From the NCBI GenBank assembly GCA_000004985.1, contig GG738883.1: a DNA stretch of 64,000 bases; one strand, written 5' to 3'. How positions within the stretch are numbered: the first letter of the stretch is position 1; each line of letters begins with the position of its first letter. Below, piece after piece: positions 1-11,944 of this stretch. The translations under genes and the position numbers were made by a program. Under the pieces are notes generated by a model, which had not been told where the DNA came from, did not search any database, and saw nothing but the letters and a program-made list of their open reading frames with translations. The DNA is from Naegleria gruberi. Its lineage: Eukaryota.

Positions 1-2400
1 TATATTCATTATTAGAAGTATCCAATAGGTTAAAAAGAGGCCCAAGAGCCTCAAAAATCTTATCCCTTATTTCTAAATCAACAGTTAAAAGAGATAAAGC
101 ACCAGTTATATTCTCTAACACATTCTCAGAAGTCTCGTAAAGAAGTGACAATAATATTGGCAAGCCTCTATTGTTTCTAAATTGAGTTTTGACAGTATCC
201 AACCTTGCACAATTCCAAATAGTGGCAGCTGCATACTCTTTTATGGTTGGTGAATTTACATTTAATAGCTCCACAAGTTTTGTAAGACAATTGGTTTCCA
301 TCAACTCAGGAATTGTTTCAACTTGATGAAGATTAGACAATTAAAACTATCAAAACATACCAACAGTGGAAGAATTTCTTAAAATGCCCAGAATTTTTTC
401 AACAACTGATAACGAAGAGTTCTCTAACATGCCAACTAATAATGGGAATCCATGACATTCTCTAATGAGTTTCTTGTTCATATTGTCAATGCTACAGATC
501 CACATAGTACTTGCTAGCTTTTCAATGATTGATTGTTTAGTTTCCTTCTCCAAAATTGCAAGCATTAATTCCAGACCTCCAATTTCACCAATAGTTTGTT
601 TGTTTTGGTCATTGATGGCACAATTTCTCAAAGCACCAATAGCATTTTCTCTAATATTTTCATTGTCAGATTGAAGACAATGCAAAAGTGGCTCAAGACC
701 ATTTGTCTTTCTGATAATCACCTTGACCTCTGCTTGGGATGCACAATTCCAAAGAGTTCCAGTAATATTTTCAATCACTGCTTCATTTTCATATGTCAAT
801 AGTTGTACAAGTTTTGGAATTCCTCCCTTTTCATAAATCTCCTTCTTGTTGTCGTTATCAACAGCAAGGTTCCACAAGCATCCAGTAACATTTTCAAGGA
901 CCCCAGGATTATTTGAGGCCAACAAATCAAGCAATATTGAAATAGCTCCCAACTCACGAAGTGTCATCTTATTCTCTGTGTTCGAAGCACAATTCCAGAG
1001 AGCTCCTGCAGCCTTACTCTGCAAACCTTCATTTGGGAATTTGAGAACATCTAAAAGAAGAGAAAGACCTTGTGACTCTCGTACTGTAATTTTGTTGTCG
1101 TCATCTCTAGTAAGATAGCCTAACGCAATAGTTGTATTTTCCAAAACGCTTATATTGTTTGTTTTCAAAAGAGAACATATAGTTGGTATTCCTTGATTAT
1201 TCCTAATCAGAACCTTATTTTCATCATCAATAGATAGATGCCAAATAGCTGTGATGGCTTTATCCATTACTTCTTCATTTTGGGTTCTCCATATCAGCTC
1301 CAGTAAGTTTTGGATAACTCCTATTTGACCTAGATGTCTTCTATTCTCGGCAGTGACAGAAAATGCTGTAATTGTTGAGCATGCTGAACAAAATGTTAGA
1401 TAAGTTAACAATGAACTAAAACATACCTTCCCCGTTCACATTTTCATTAATAGATTTGAGCAGTCTGGCTACTTGATCGAATCCATTTCTTTCTTTAACA
1501 ATTTGACAATATTCTTCTTTTCTACAAAGTTCGGAAATGATTCCCAATTGCAAGAATTGAATATCTGGTCTTGACACTTTAAGAGAGTCTAGGAGAAGCT
1601 CAGTGATTGTTATCCAATATTTTTCGTAATGATAAAACTCCTCTTCAAGAGTGGAACATAATTTGTAAAATTCAGTCAAGGCTTCCTTAGCAACTGATTC
1701 GCTAGGAGCATTATTATTCTGCAGGAACCACACAAAAGTTTCCAATCTCTTCTCAAGAGGAGATACTGTGAGAGTGGCCAACTTTTGTCCAGAAACATTC
1801 TCACAAAGATAAGAGTGAGCAGCCTTTACGCATTTCGATGCAATAGAGATTGATTTCATCTGATTATGTCAATAGTAAAATCCTAACAAAATACACACCT
1901 TCTTTCTAGTTTCCTCAATTGAGTCCTCTAATTTTTGTAGTTCCATTTTCAGCATCTTTTTAGCATGTTCTTTTACCTCCACTAATGATCCAAAGTCACC
2001 CTATCCAAAATCCGATAACACTTACCTAGATCCATTGTTTGTTTTTCCTCTTGTTTTAATTTTTCCATTTGTTCCTCCAGTAACGATTTCAAATGTGTTT
2101 GATTAACTGAACATTCTCCATTCAATTTTGTAAAAATTCTATCGATAATCAATAATTCCAATCATCATCATTTCAACTTACTCTGCAGCAGGTATCATTG
2201 ATTCATCTACTCCAGATATAACATTTAAAACATTGAAAAACGAGAACACTATTGTCTTTGTTATCATCTTTTAAAAGGCTTGTTTAAAAAACATACAAGT
2301 TGTTTGTACATCATCCGGATGATCCGATGCAATACCATTCTGTTCCGTTGTTTTGGAAACAGTATTATTCTCCCTACATTACACAGTAGCAAATCATATT
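1..2400 (-). CDS. Armadillo (ARM)-repeat protein with N-terminal coiled-coil exons. It is a multi-exon gene whose 3' end runs off the window edge.
   Basis: ORFs 350..1411 and 1416..1859 encode tandem ~42-aa ARM-type repeats (e.g. NKVLIRNNQGIPTICSLLKTNNISVLENTTIALGYLT, NKKEIYEKGGIPKLVQLLTYENEAVIENITGTLWNCAS). The exons are linked by short GTATGT/GTGTGT...AG introns (322-360, 1384-1426, 1860-1901). The ARM reading frame continues in exon 1..321 to the window edge. Short upstream coiled-coil exons (1902-1981, 2026-~2135, further to ~2400) each end in GTAAGT donors. Confidence 0.6.
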
Positions 2401-2668
2401 AAGGATGATGATTAGCTAATTGAAAGGGTGGTATTGTTTTACTTACATTTTTTTTGAATATTACTTGATTGGCCAATGGAAAAGCGTTAAAGTTCGGAAT
2501 CGCTTTTTGCATCGGCAAATTATTAATAATTTCATCACCTACATCAGTATGGTCGCTTAGTTCAGTCAAACAAGTCAATGAAACACCTACTCAATTTTAT
2601 TGAGACAAATTACTAAAATCACTAAGGTTTCGTTCATGCTCAAGTGACTTATTAAGGAAATAATTGAT

Positions 2669-2759
2669 GGTGAGATGGTCGAGTGGTCTAAGACGACACG
2701 TTAAGGTATGATTGATACCGTGTTCCGCAAGGGCGTGGGTTCAAATCCCACTCTCATCA
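2669..2759 (+). tRNA. tRNA-Leu (anticodon AAG) with a ~11-nt intron 3' of the anticodon
   Basis: Acceptor GGTGAGA pairs with TCTCATC plus discriminator A. D-arm is GTC-AGTGGTCTAA-GAC. Anticodon stem ACACG/CGTGT with loop TTAAGG, interrupted by ATGATTGATAC. Long type-II variable arm. T-arm GTGGG-TTCAAAT-CCCAC. Confidence 0.75.
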
Positions 2760-2945
2760 GTTTTACATTGACATTTTAAATTCTTAGAGATTAAGCGTAA
2801 CACGACCGTTTAATTTTGATAAACCATTAAAAAATGAACGCAAACAACAGAAACGATCCACTTACTAAATTGTACGTTAGTGATAAGTGATAAGTTTTTC
2901 CTTAGTGCAATTATGAATTAATAAAACAAACTCTATAGACAAAAT

Positions 2946-4227
2946 ATGGCCAAGACTGAGAGTATCAGAAGGCTTCAATCAATAGTAAGTAAACTCGTAG
3001 AGACTATGTGATCTTCAACTTAACAGCAATTAGGAAAATCAAATTTTGAAAGTCCTTCCATGATGAGTGTCGGTTCTCCAAATAATATTCATTCGTCTCC
3101 AGTCTCTCAAGATTGTAAGTGTTTCCGAATATTAATAAGGGTTGTTGATAATTGTATTAGTTGCTATTAATCCTGCTGTTGAACAACTTACGGATTGGAA
3201 GAATCAATTCAATGACAGACTATCTCAGGTTCAAGAAGAATTGTTAATGTTCCTGACACAAAAACATGTATCACAGGAGGAATTGGCAATTTTGATCAAA
3301 AACACATTTTCGGATTTTAAAATTTCAATTTCAGAATTATTGAATACTCTCACATTGTTAATGAAAAAGTTTTTAAAGAAATCTAAAAAGCTTGTTCAAA
3401 CAGCAGATAGTCAGTGGGAAGTTATTGTATTGGATCTTAACAATCAACTCGAGCATGTTTCTAGAGCTAGAGCAGTTGAGGAAGAAAAGAGAAAGGAATT
3501 GGAAAAGGAAGTTAAAATGTTAAGACAAAAGATGAAGTCAATGAAGATTGAAATGGTAAAACCAAAAGAAGATCAATATCAACAATTGGTAAATTCAATT
3601 CAATCAAACCCTTCCTCTCCAGTAGCCAAGGCAAGAGGTGTTGCAACTCCAAAGGGCTCTCCAACAAGAACACCAAACAAGAGTCCAAGAACACCAGCAG
3701 GAGGAAAGAAACCATTAACTTCTCCAAAAACAAAGACTCCAGCTAAACCTGCCGAAGAACCAGTCGTCACAGTTGAACCAGTTCCAGTTGTGACTGAATC
3801 ACCTAAAGTTGAAGAATCTGTTCCAGAAGTTAACGAACCAGAAGTTGTTGAACCACCTAAGGAAGAACCCCCAAAAGAGGAACCACCTAAGGAAGAAACT
3901 ACTCAAGTCGAGCCAAAGAAGGATGAAGAAGAGGAAGTAGACGAAAAGGATAGTAGACGAGACAGAAGAGGAAGAAGAGGAAAGAAAGACGATGAAGAGG
4001 AAGAAGAAGAGAAACCTACATCAAGAAGAGACAGAGGAAGAGGAAGAAGAGGTAAAAAGGATGATGAAGAAGAGGAAGAAAAAGAAGAGGAAAAGGAAGA
4101 AAGAGGCCGTGGCAGACCTTCACGAAGAAACAAGAAGAAGGACGAAGATGAAGAGGAAGAAGAGGAAGAGGAGAAACCTACAAGAAGAGTACGTGACAGA
4201 GGAGACAGAAGAAAGAGAAATGAATGA
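2946..4227 (+). CDS. Highly charged Lys/Glu/Arg-rich low-complexity protein (coiled-coil N-terminal half; KTPAK and EEPPKEE repeats; three RRDRGRGRRGKKDDEEEEE repeats)
   Basis: ATG at 2946, then two short 5' exons bounded by GTAAGT donors (introns ~2985-3020 and ~3116-3166) feeding ORF 3142..4227. Composition resembles a histone-H1-like, nucleolar or chromatin protein, but no specific family could be recognised. Confidence 0.45.
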
Positions 4228-4410
4228 TTCAAATGAATTTCTTCTACTTCACTTGTAATCTATGTAATAATAAAAGAGAACTAATAATTCTAATTTCTTC
4301 CGAAACTTGCACGATTCAAACATTCCAATTTCCTTTGTTAATATTTAAATCCAATAATATGTTAGAACATAATTTTTGAAATTTTATATTTTAAATTTAT
4401 TGGAGTCGAT

Positions 4411-4779
4411 TTACTTGGTTTCAGTAGCCTTATCCTTTTGAGCCTTGATCTTCTTGACTTGCTTGACGATCTTCTTTTCTTCCATCAAGAAAGCACGGAC
4501 AATTCTTTCCTTAAGGTGGTTGTGATTCAAAACACCTCCATAAGCTCTGGAGATAGTTCTGGTGGATCTGGAAGCTCTCTTATTTTCAGATGGTCTCAAT
4601 CTCTTCAAACCTCTAACAGCTTCACCGCCCAAGTACTTTGGAACAGTTGGAGCCTTGACCTTTTTCTTGGTGAATTGGACAACCAACTTGCCAGATGGAG
4701 TCTTGACGAGCTTTTGCAAGTTAGATCTAGTATTGTAGGTCTTGGTTCTTCTGATGGTAACTCTTTTATCGAGAGACAT
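4411..4779 (-). CDS. RPL34: 60S ribosomal protein eL34
   Basis: 122-aa ORF MSLDKRVTIRRTKTYNTRSN...VSRAYGG...KERIVRAFLMEEKKIVKQV matches the eL34 signature (RxTxRRR..YNTxSN; SRAYGG; RIxRAFL). The usual zinc-binding Cys pairs are absent. Confidence 0.85.
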   Translation of the reverse strand: MSLDKRVTIRRTKTYNTRSNLQKLVKTPSGKLVVQFTKKKVKAPTVPKYLGGEAVRGLKRLRPSENKRASRSTRTISRAYGGVLNHNHLKERIVRAFLMEEKKIVKQVKKIKAQKDKATETK

Positions 4780-5162
4780 CTATGTAGAATAATGATGTAA
4801 AGACAAAGAAGTTGGTAAAAAATGGACTGGCAGGAACTAACACTTACGTTTTACGACTTTTTTTTTTCAACAAATTTTTGGTTGAGAAGGTACCTATGAT
4901 TTTTACAATGGAAAATTTTTACCAAGAACATCACAAAGAAAAATAAATCATTACTTCATCACTCTCAATTTTACTGGGTCTTTTTCTTACCAACATCGCT
5001 AATCATAGAATCCATCAGATGTTTCAATATATTATATATTAATATATTTCTGGAGCTATTATTCTTGTCGTACGATCGTTCATAAAGCATAACATTGCAA
5101 ATAGTAGCAGTATTGATATAACGAGGAATACAAAGTTATCTGAAGATGAAAAGGAGATTTAT

Positions 5163-8020
5163 TTAAAGTCCAGAAATATCAGCTCTGAGTACTTTTCTCA
5201 TCATGTTTGCTCTCGATTTGATGATGTTTTCTTGTTCTTTCATCCACTCCTTGTCTCCCTTCTTGGTAATATCCTTAAGAGCCAACAAGTCATAAATAAA
5301 ACCTCTTCTAAATTCCTTCTTGACAAATTGGTAGAGGAAAAGGATGAGACTCTCTTTGAGGGAATCATGTTCCTCCACTTTGGCCAATCTAAAGAAGCAT
5401 CGAGTAATTTCCACCTCACTAAAATCTAACAATAAATTAAGGAATAACAATCTGAAAAAGACCACATCCAACTGTTGAAGACTATTAAAGTCAATAATCT
5501 TGAGCATGGAGAGTGAGAGACATCCTTTACCAATCAATTCTGAGAGAAGCTTACTGATATTGATCAGCTTTCTGACAGTATTCTTTGATAAATCATCAAA
5601 ATATTCGTAAAAAGTGAATTGGAATGCTCTGTTGGTATTTTCAATACTGCATAGCTTTTCTGCTAATTTGCTGTAGTATGGATTAAATCCCTTCTCTTGA
5701 CAACAACAGTGTAATAAAACTCTTGCAATTTCTCTATTGTTCTTTTGAATACCCAATTTGACTAATCTTTGGAATGCATCAATGAAATCGTCACTTCCCA
5801 TTAGAATACAGAAAACAGCCCTTCTCAAATCTGTTGTCATTCTCTGTTCCTTGGCAAGTTTTTCAAGTTTTCTGAGAGTCTTTGGATCCATGTCATGGAG
5901 GGCTACACTGATATTATCTCTATTCTTCATAGAAGACAATGCAGTAGCATTTGAATTATCAATTGAAGAACCAACTTGATTGCCAGTCCATGCTGAACCG
6001 ACAAGCCACCATCTACCCTTCTTTTCAGCTTCAATCAAATCAATATATGGAATTCTCAACGTGTTTTCTCCAGTCTTCTTCTCCTGTTTTTGTAAATCCT
6101 TGACGCTTTGTTTCAATTGTTTGTATTGTTCAGAAATGTCTTCTTGATATTGTCTCTTTCTATTATTTCTCAAATCATAAATCATTTCAACGAGGAATTT
6201 CATACGTTTAGCAACAGCTGAACCTTCGTCCTTCACGGTATCTTCGTATTTTTCAAAGCTTGACTTGATAACCTCGATAATGTCCTTCATGGCAGCAGGA
6301 TCGTCAATCTTGAGTTGGAAACCACAAGCTGAAATTAAATTTTAATATTGACTGATTCAAAACTGAATACACATACCTTGAAGTAATTTGAAAAGATATT
6401 CCACATTCAGTTCATTAATATTGAGGCAGAACATTCTAATAATATCATAGATGAGTCCACAATAAATTAACTATTGTAATAAAAGCTTTAAGAGAGCTAT
6501 TCAAATAAAAACTTACACCCAAATTGTAGACGTGACAAATTAATGTCAACAAGTTGGAAGCTTGATGTCTTTGATCGACAATTGAATCGAATTTTTGGAT
6601 CAATTTCTCCATAAAGTGAGCACCAATGTTGGTTCCTCCAATATTGTGCATTGCAACCATGTAGGCAGCATACACCAAAATGAAATTACTTTGAAGGTCA
6701 ACAGTGTCACAAACGCTTTCAATAATAGAATTTGAAAGAATATCATGGAAATCTTTGTATAAATAGTTAAAATCGTCATCAGACAAAAAAGAAACACTTA
6801 CCATTCTTACTACTCTTTTCATAGAGAGCTAATGATTCCTTTGTGATTGAAGAAATATTGGCAAGAGAAAGCTTGTTCAATAAATTTCTAATGCTCTTTT
6901 GAAGGGCAATATAGGATTCAGATTTTCTACCACTTTCCAAAATTTGTTGTTTTCTCATATGAGGAGGAACATATTTTCCACTTGTATTTTCTTCTGTTTC
7001 TCCTTCTGCTGGTTCTGAAGATCGCTCAGGTTTCTTTCCTTTTTGTAAAAGGGTGGCAAGGGTTGGTACTTCACTCTTTAAAAATTCAGAATAATCAACT
7101 CCTTGTTGCTCAGATTCAAGCATGGCGTCAATTTCTGCGTCAAGATTGATCATATCTTCTGGGTCAATATCACCAAACATTCCTTCATAATCTTCTGCAA
7201 ATTCTCCAAGATCTTCTTCATCAATTTTTGGTTCTATGTATCCAGGAACGATATCCTCTCCATCACTTTCTTCCTGCTCTTCTACAACCTTTTGTTTTTT
7301 CTTTTCTTGCTTTTTCAACCTCTTTTCCTTTACAAAGTTTTCCAAATTAGAGGAGCCAGGGTCTGTATCCAATTCGTCAATTGCCTTATTCTTTTTAATT
7401 TTCAATTTCTTTTCGAGATAGGCAATAACCTTATCATCTAGATCTTCATCACCCTTTGACATACCTTCTAACATGTCCTTTGTAATAAATATAGCTGTAG
7501 AGTCCTTATTATTTTTCAATTCTTCTTCATCCAAGTCGTCGATAATTTCCGATTCATCAGAATTGTAATCATTTCTAGAACTACCTCCATATCCATCATC
7601 AGAAAAATCATCATCTTCATCTTCAGCCATTAAATCATCCTCAAACAATAAATCCTCACTTTCTTCTTGCTTTCGTTTCTTGGCTTTCACTTCGGCTTTT
7701 TGAGATTCTTGCTTTCTCTTATTTGCTTGTTGTGGATTAGATTCTGTCTTCTTTGTTGGTTGAACTTTTTGGCTTCCCTTCTTATTAATCTCTTTTGGTT
7801 GTTTATCATGGTTTTTAGCTTTACTCAATTGTTTTTGCTTCTTTTTCTGTTTATTCTTTTTCTTTGATTTTGCCAACATGAAGCTCATTTGTTCAATATG
7901 TCCATCACCAAATTGTTTTGATCCGCCACCAATAGCAGCAGCATTTGTTTCCGCAAGATCATCATCTTCACCACCTCCTCTTCCTCTCTTTTTCCTAAAC
8001 GATTTTCCTCTGTTCATCAT
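5163..8020 (-). CDS. Nucleolar MIF4G/MA3-domain protein (Nom1/Sgd1-like)
   Basis: Four exons: 6802..8020 (acidic and basic low-complexity N-terminus), 6518..6752 and 6377..6435 (MIF4G-like), 5163..6329 (MA3 domain: TTDLRRAVFCILMGSDDFIDAFQRLVKLGIQKNNREIARVLLHCCCQEKGFNPYYSKLAEKLC). Introns have GTAAGT/GTATGT donors. Confidence 0.65.
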
Positions 8021-8188
8021 ATTTTTTTAATTCAATTTTTTTGTCTATTAATAATTTCACAACAACTAAAATTTTCAAATATTTAATTGAATTCTATTTC
8101 AAAATTTAGTTGTATAATTTAATAATATTATTGCATTAATTCAATTATTCATCTAATAACAACTAATATTGTCCAACAGATTGATTAC

Positions 8189-8923
8189 ATGGCTGTTAAC
8201 AATAATTTCAAAATTAAAAAAATGAGTGATAACAACACTAGTGGAAACAATACATCATCAACCAATCAAAATCACTCACAAGCAAAGGAGGCACTATTGC
8301 AATCCCATAAAAATTGTATTTCATTTGTGAAGAAACAATTATCGGATCCTGTCATTACATTTGTTTTGCGAGAAATAGAGAACATGGGATGTCCTTTGCC
8401 AAATCCATTTTTTCGATGTGAAAGATGTTTGCACAGCTCGTTGGATAAACCAAAATTCAGTGCTGCTTATGTTTTGGGTTCTTTTGATAAATTTGATAAA
8501 GATGAACAAGAGACTGATAGTGACACTATTGATACAGATAATTTCTTTGGTAAACCTGGAGTATTATTATGTGAGGATGTTATGGAAAGGTATTCCAAAT
8601 CAGATGACAAGACTGTCATTTTACACGAACTTATTCATGCCTATGATGACTGTAGAGCAATGATTAACTGGAAGAGTTGTGAACAATTAGCTTGTGCTGA
8701 AATTAGAGCTTCCTCACTGAGTGGAGAATGTGATTTTTTGCATGAAACTAGGAGAGGAAAATTGTCAGGTCTTAGAGGACAATTCATGAATTGTGTCAAG
8801 AGAAGAGCAACTTTGTCACTCAATTCCAGTGCTATTTGTGGAGGTCAAGATAATGCTAAGCATGTAGAAGATGTTTTCAAGACTTGTTTCAATGATACAG
8901 AACCATTCATCAAGAGAATTTAA
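8189..8923 (+). CDS. ATP23: Mitochondrial inner-membrane metalloprotease ATP23
   Basis: Single-exon 244-aa ORF with an HExxH motif in the Atp23 context (VILHELIHAYDDCRAMINWKSCEQLACAEIRASSLSGECDF) and conserved Cys residues. Confidence 0.75.
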   Translation: MAVNNNFKIKKMSDNNTSGNNTSSTNQNHSQAKEALLQSHKNCISFVKKQLSDPVITFVLREIENMGCPLPNPFFRCERCLHSSLDKPKFSAAYVLGSFDKFDKDEQETDSDTIDTDNFFGKPGVLLCEDVMERYSKSDDKTVILHELIHAYDDCRAMINWKSCEQLACAEIRASSLSGECDFLHETRRGKLSGLRGQFMNCVKRRATLSLNSSAICGGQDNAKHVEDVFKTCFNDTEPFIKRI

Positions 8924-9133
8924 ATCCATACATAGTATACTACAATGTTGGTTGTGGGTAAAATAGAATTCCTGATTTCTGTTGTCATTGAATATTATAT
9001 GGAGGAGGAATTTAAAGTTTTCATCATGGAATATGGATAACCAAAATAATGGCCAAAGATGAAGTTGTAATTTTGTTTGGCGCCAAAAATTATAAAGCCT
9101 ACTGAAATGTTGGCGCCCAATCTACAATAAAAA

Positions 9134-11929
9134 ATGGCTCAACGTACTATCAGTTTGGGTAAGTAATTATTGTTATTGTGTTTGAAGGTATATGAAAATC
9201 ATTCCGAACTTTAATAGGGGTTAAATTTGTTGAGGGACAACATTGGCCAAAACCAAAGAATGCTAAAACTCCTTCAAAGTATCATTTTTCGATCTGCTTG
9301 TTGAATGGAGACATTGAAAAAACTAGAGTAATAACCGATGCAGAAATGGGAGCTATCAATATTGAGAAGTCATTTGCTAACATTCCAGTGGAAGTATGTA
9401 CACTTTTCTTCAGATTGTATTTATAATAATTAAGGATCTTTTGAATTTAGTAATTAATAACTCAACAGTGGATGTTCTCCATATAAAGATGATCAAGGGA
9501 GAAGATGACAAAAATGCTGTAGAATTTGGATTTTTGGATTTCAATATTTCAGGATTATTTACTAAAAACGAGGTGGAAGTAGTTGGAAATGTCACAATTA
9601 CTGAGGAAGGAGCAACACAGGAAGAAATTCCAACTGTAAAGCTACAGTTGAGTGTAAGTGAAGCTTTACTTCCAAAAAATGAAATATTGGAGGGAAATTT
9701 GCTTAGTATCAAACTGGGTCCAATAGTAAATTTACCAAGAAGTTGGCTTCCTAAAGATGCTCAAAATATTGCAGATATTCCATTAGATTTTACTGTAATG
9801 TGTAATTTACCTATTGGATCAGGCCAAAGAACCTACTTTTTCAGAAATGGTAGAATGGTAATGAGACCATCAACGGATGATCCAGAACGGAATGAGGCAG
9901 TAGTTCAATGGCCAAAGGATAAGAAAACTTTCTTTATAGATTCAGAAGCAATGAAGGCTTTCGAGAAGTCATGCGTAAATTGTGAATGCTTGAATTTCAA
10001 GCTGTATAGAGGAATAGTAAAGGAAATGATGATGGATGGATGGGTTGACCAAAATGAAAAACGATATAGAGCTGTTTTTGGAAAAACTCTGAGAGAATTA
10101 TTAGAACCAGGTACTAAATCATCCAAACAAGATATACAGTTGGGACACGCCTCTGCAGATGAAGAATTCCCTGCTGATCCAAGGCCAAAGAGTGCAAATA
10201 AGAAAAAGAAAAAGTCAAAGGATCCAACTCCAGCTCAATTATTACCTGATGCTGATCATGATTCAAAACCTTATGTTGAAAATGGATCGGCAATATCTAT
10301 CGAAATTTCATTTGAGAAACCTCTTATTCCAAAACCTGAGGACAGAACAAGAACCAACATGAGACCTTCTGATATTATAACAAAGAGACAAAAAGTAGAG
10401 AAGAAAAAGTAAGTTTTATTCAAGAATTGATTAGAATTTCAATCTTCAATTTATACAGGGACATTGTGGAAAAATACCAAGAAGAAATATCAGGTGTTGT
10501 GGACATTCTAGTTGAAGAATATAGAGCTCTAATTGAAAGAGAGTCTAACTTTGATAAGGAACATTTTATCTTTGAACTTAACCATACAGGAAAATACTTT
10601 GCTTTCAAGGAGAGACTGAAGGCTTGTGTTGTTAATCTTGTAAAAGAAAAGTTTAGTCATGAACTCAAGTCAAAGAAGGAACACGAGGTCAAGGCGTTCT
10701 ACAATGATATCTATGTTTACTTGGTAAAACAAATGCACGTTGCTATCAACAAGATATTCAACAAGGCAAAGGAACAAGATCGTAAAGAATCACCAATACA
10801 AGAAGAAAACAAGCAAGCAGACAAGTGGAAGAGACTTGCTGATGAGGCTGAATTCGAGTTTAATTATATTGCAGCTGCTAAATATCACCAAGAGAGAATA
10901 ACTGGTACAGATGAAGAGCTTACAGCAGAAATGTGGTATGAATACGGAATTTTCAGTTTGAGAGTAAAGGATTTGACTAAGGCTGAACAATCATTCAGAG
11001 AAACTCTTTCTCGAAACATGGCTCACTTAGAGTGTTTGAGAATGTATGGTGTTTTACTGTGTATCAAAGGTCAATTGAAGGAGGCAGAAGTATTCCTTCA
11101 GTCGTCAGTTGACTTGGATAACAATAACTTTATTTCATGGGGAGTTCTTGGAATGCTCTTCTCCTTAACAGGAAATGAGAAACAGGCATCTCAATCATTT
11201 TTATATGGTGATTTAGCAATGGAAAAGTCTGGTGTAGACAAAACTCTTCCACTCAAATTAAGAGTTGCTAACTTTTTATTGGAAGTTAATGCTGATTCTC
11301 TTGCTGAAAAGTTACTTATTGATTGTACACAACACTTTGGAGAGTCTGCTGATACATTATATGCTTTTGCCAAGATGTATTCTATTAGAGAGGATTATGA
11401 TTTGGCAAATGAACAATTACAAAAGAGTCTGAAGATTGTTTACAAATCCGGAAGAACATGGGAGTTGTTGGGTATGATTCATCTAAAGCTTGGTAATGTA
11501 ACTGAGGCTGAGAAGGATCTTGAGTCAGCTCTTAGTGTCTCTACGGCCCCAACAGCTCACATGTTATTGAGACTTGCCAATATTTATTTATCATTGGAGA
11601 AGTATGAAAAATCAAAAGACACTTATTTGAATGCAGCAAACTTGTGGTCTTCTTGTACAGCATGGTTAGGAGCAGGTATTTCCTATTATCGTTTGGGTGA
11701 CTATAATTTAGCAGAGCAAGCTCTTAATGAGGCCAACATTCAAAATAACAGAAATGCTGATGTTTGGGGATATCTTTCATTGATTGCTCTTCAAAACAGA
11801 AGAGAAAAAGAAGGAGAGAAATGTTTAAGAGAGGCACTCAAACATGGTTTAAAGGCTTCTAATCCAAGTCTTATTAATGAGATTTCTGCCTCCATTTCTC
11901 AATTCAAAACACTTAAAATAAATATTTAA
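9134..11929 (+). CDS. TPR-repeat protein with an N-terminal β-rich domain; four exons
   Basis: Exons 9134..9158, 9218..9393, 9435..10408 and 10459..11929; the split codons at the exon junctions restore the reading frame. The C-terminal exon holds multiple TPR-like 34-aa repeats (e.g. AEMWYEYGIFSLRVKDLTKAEQSF, TAWLGAGISYYRLGDYNLAEQAL). The family is not identified. Confidence 0.55.
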
Positions 11930-11944
11930 TCACCCATTACTTTA

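Noticed and set aside
3903-4232. 109-aa poly-Ser ORF on the minus strand
   Set aside because: It is the antisense reading of the GAA/GAG/AAG-rich (Glu/Lys) 3' end of the + strand gene. It is a compositional artefact.
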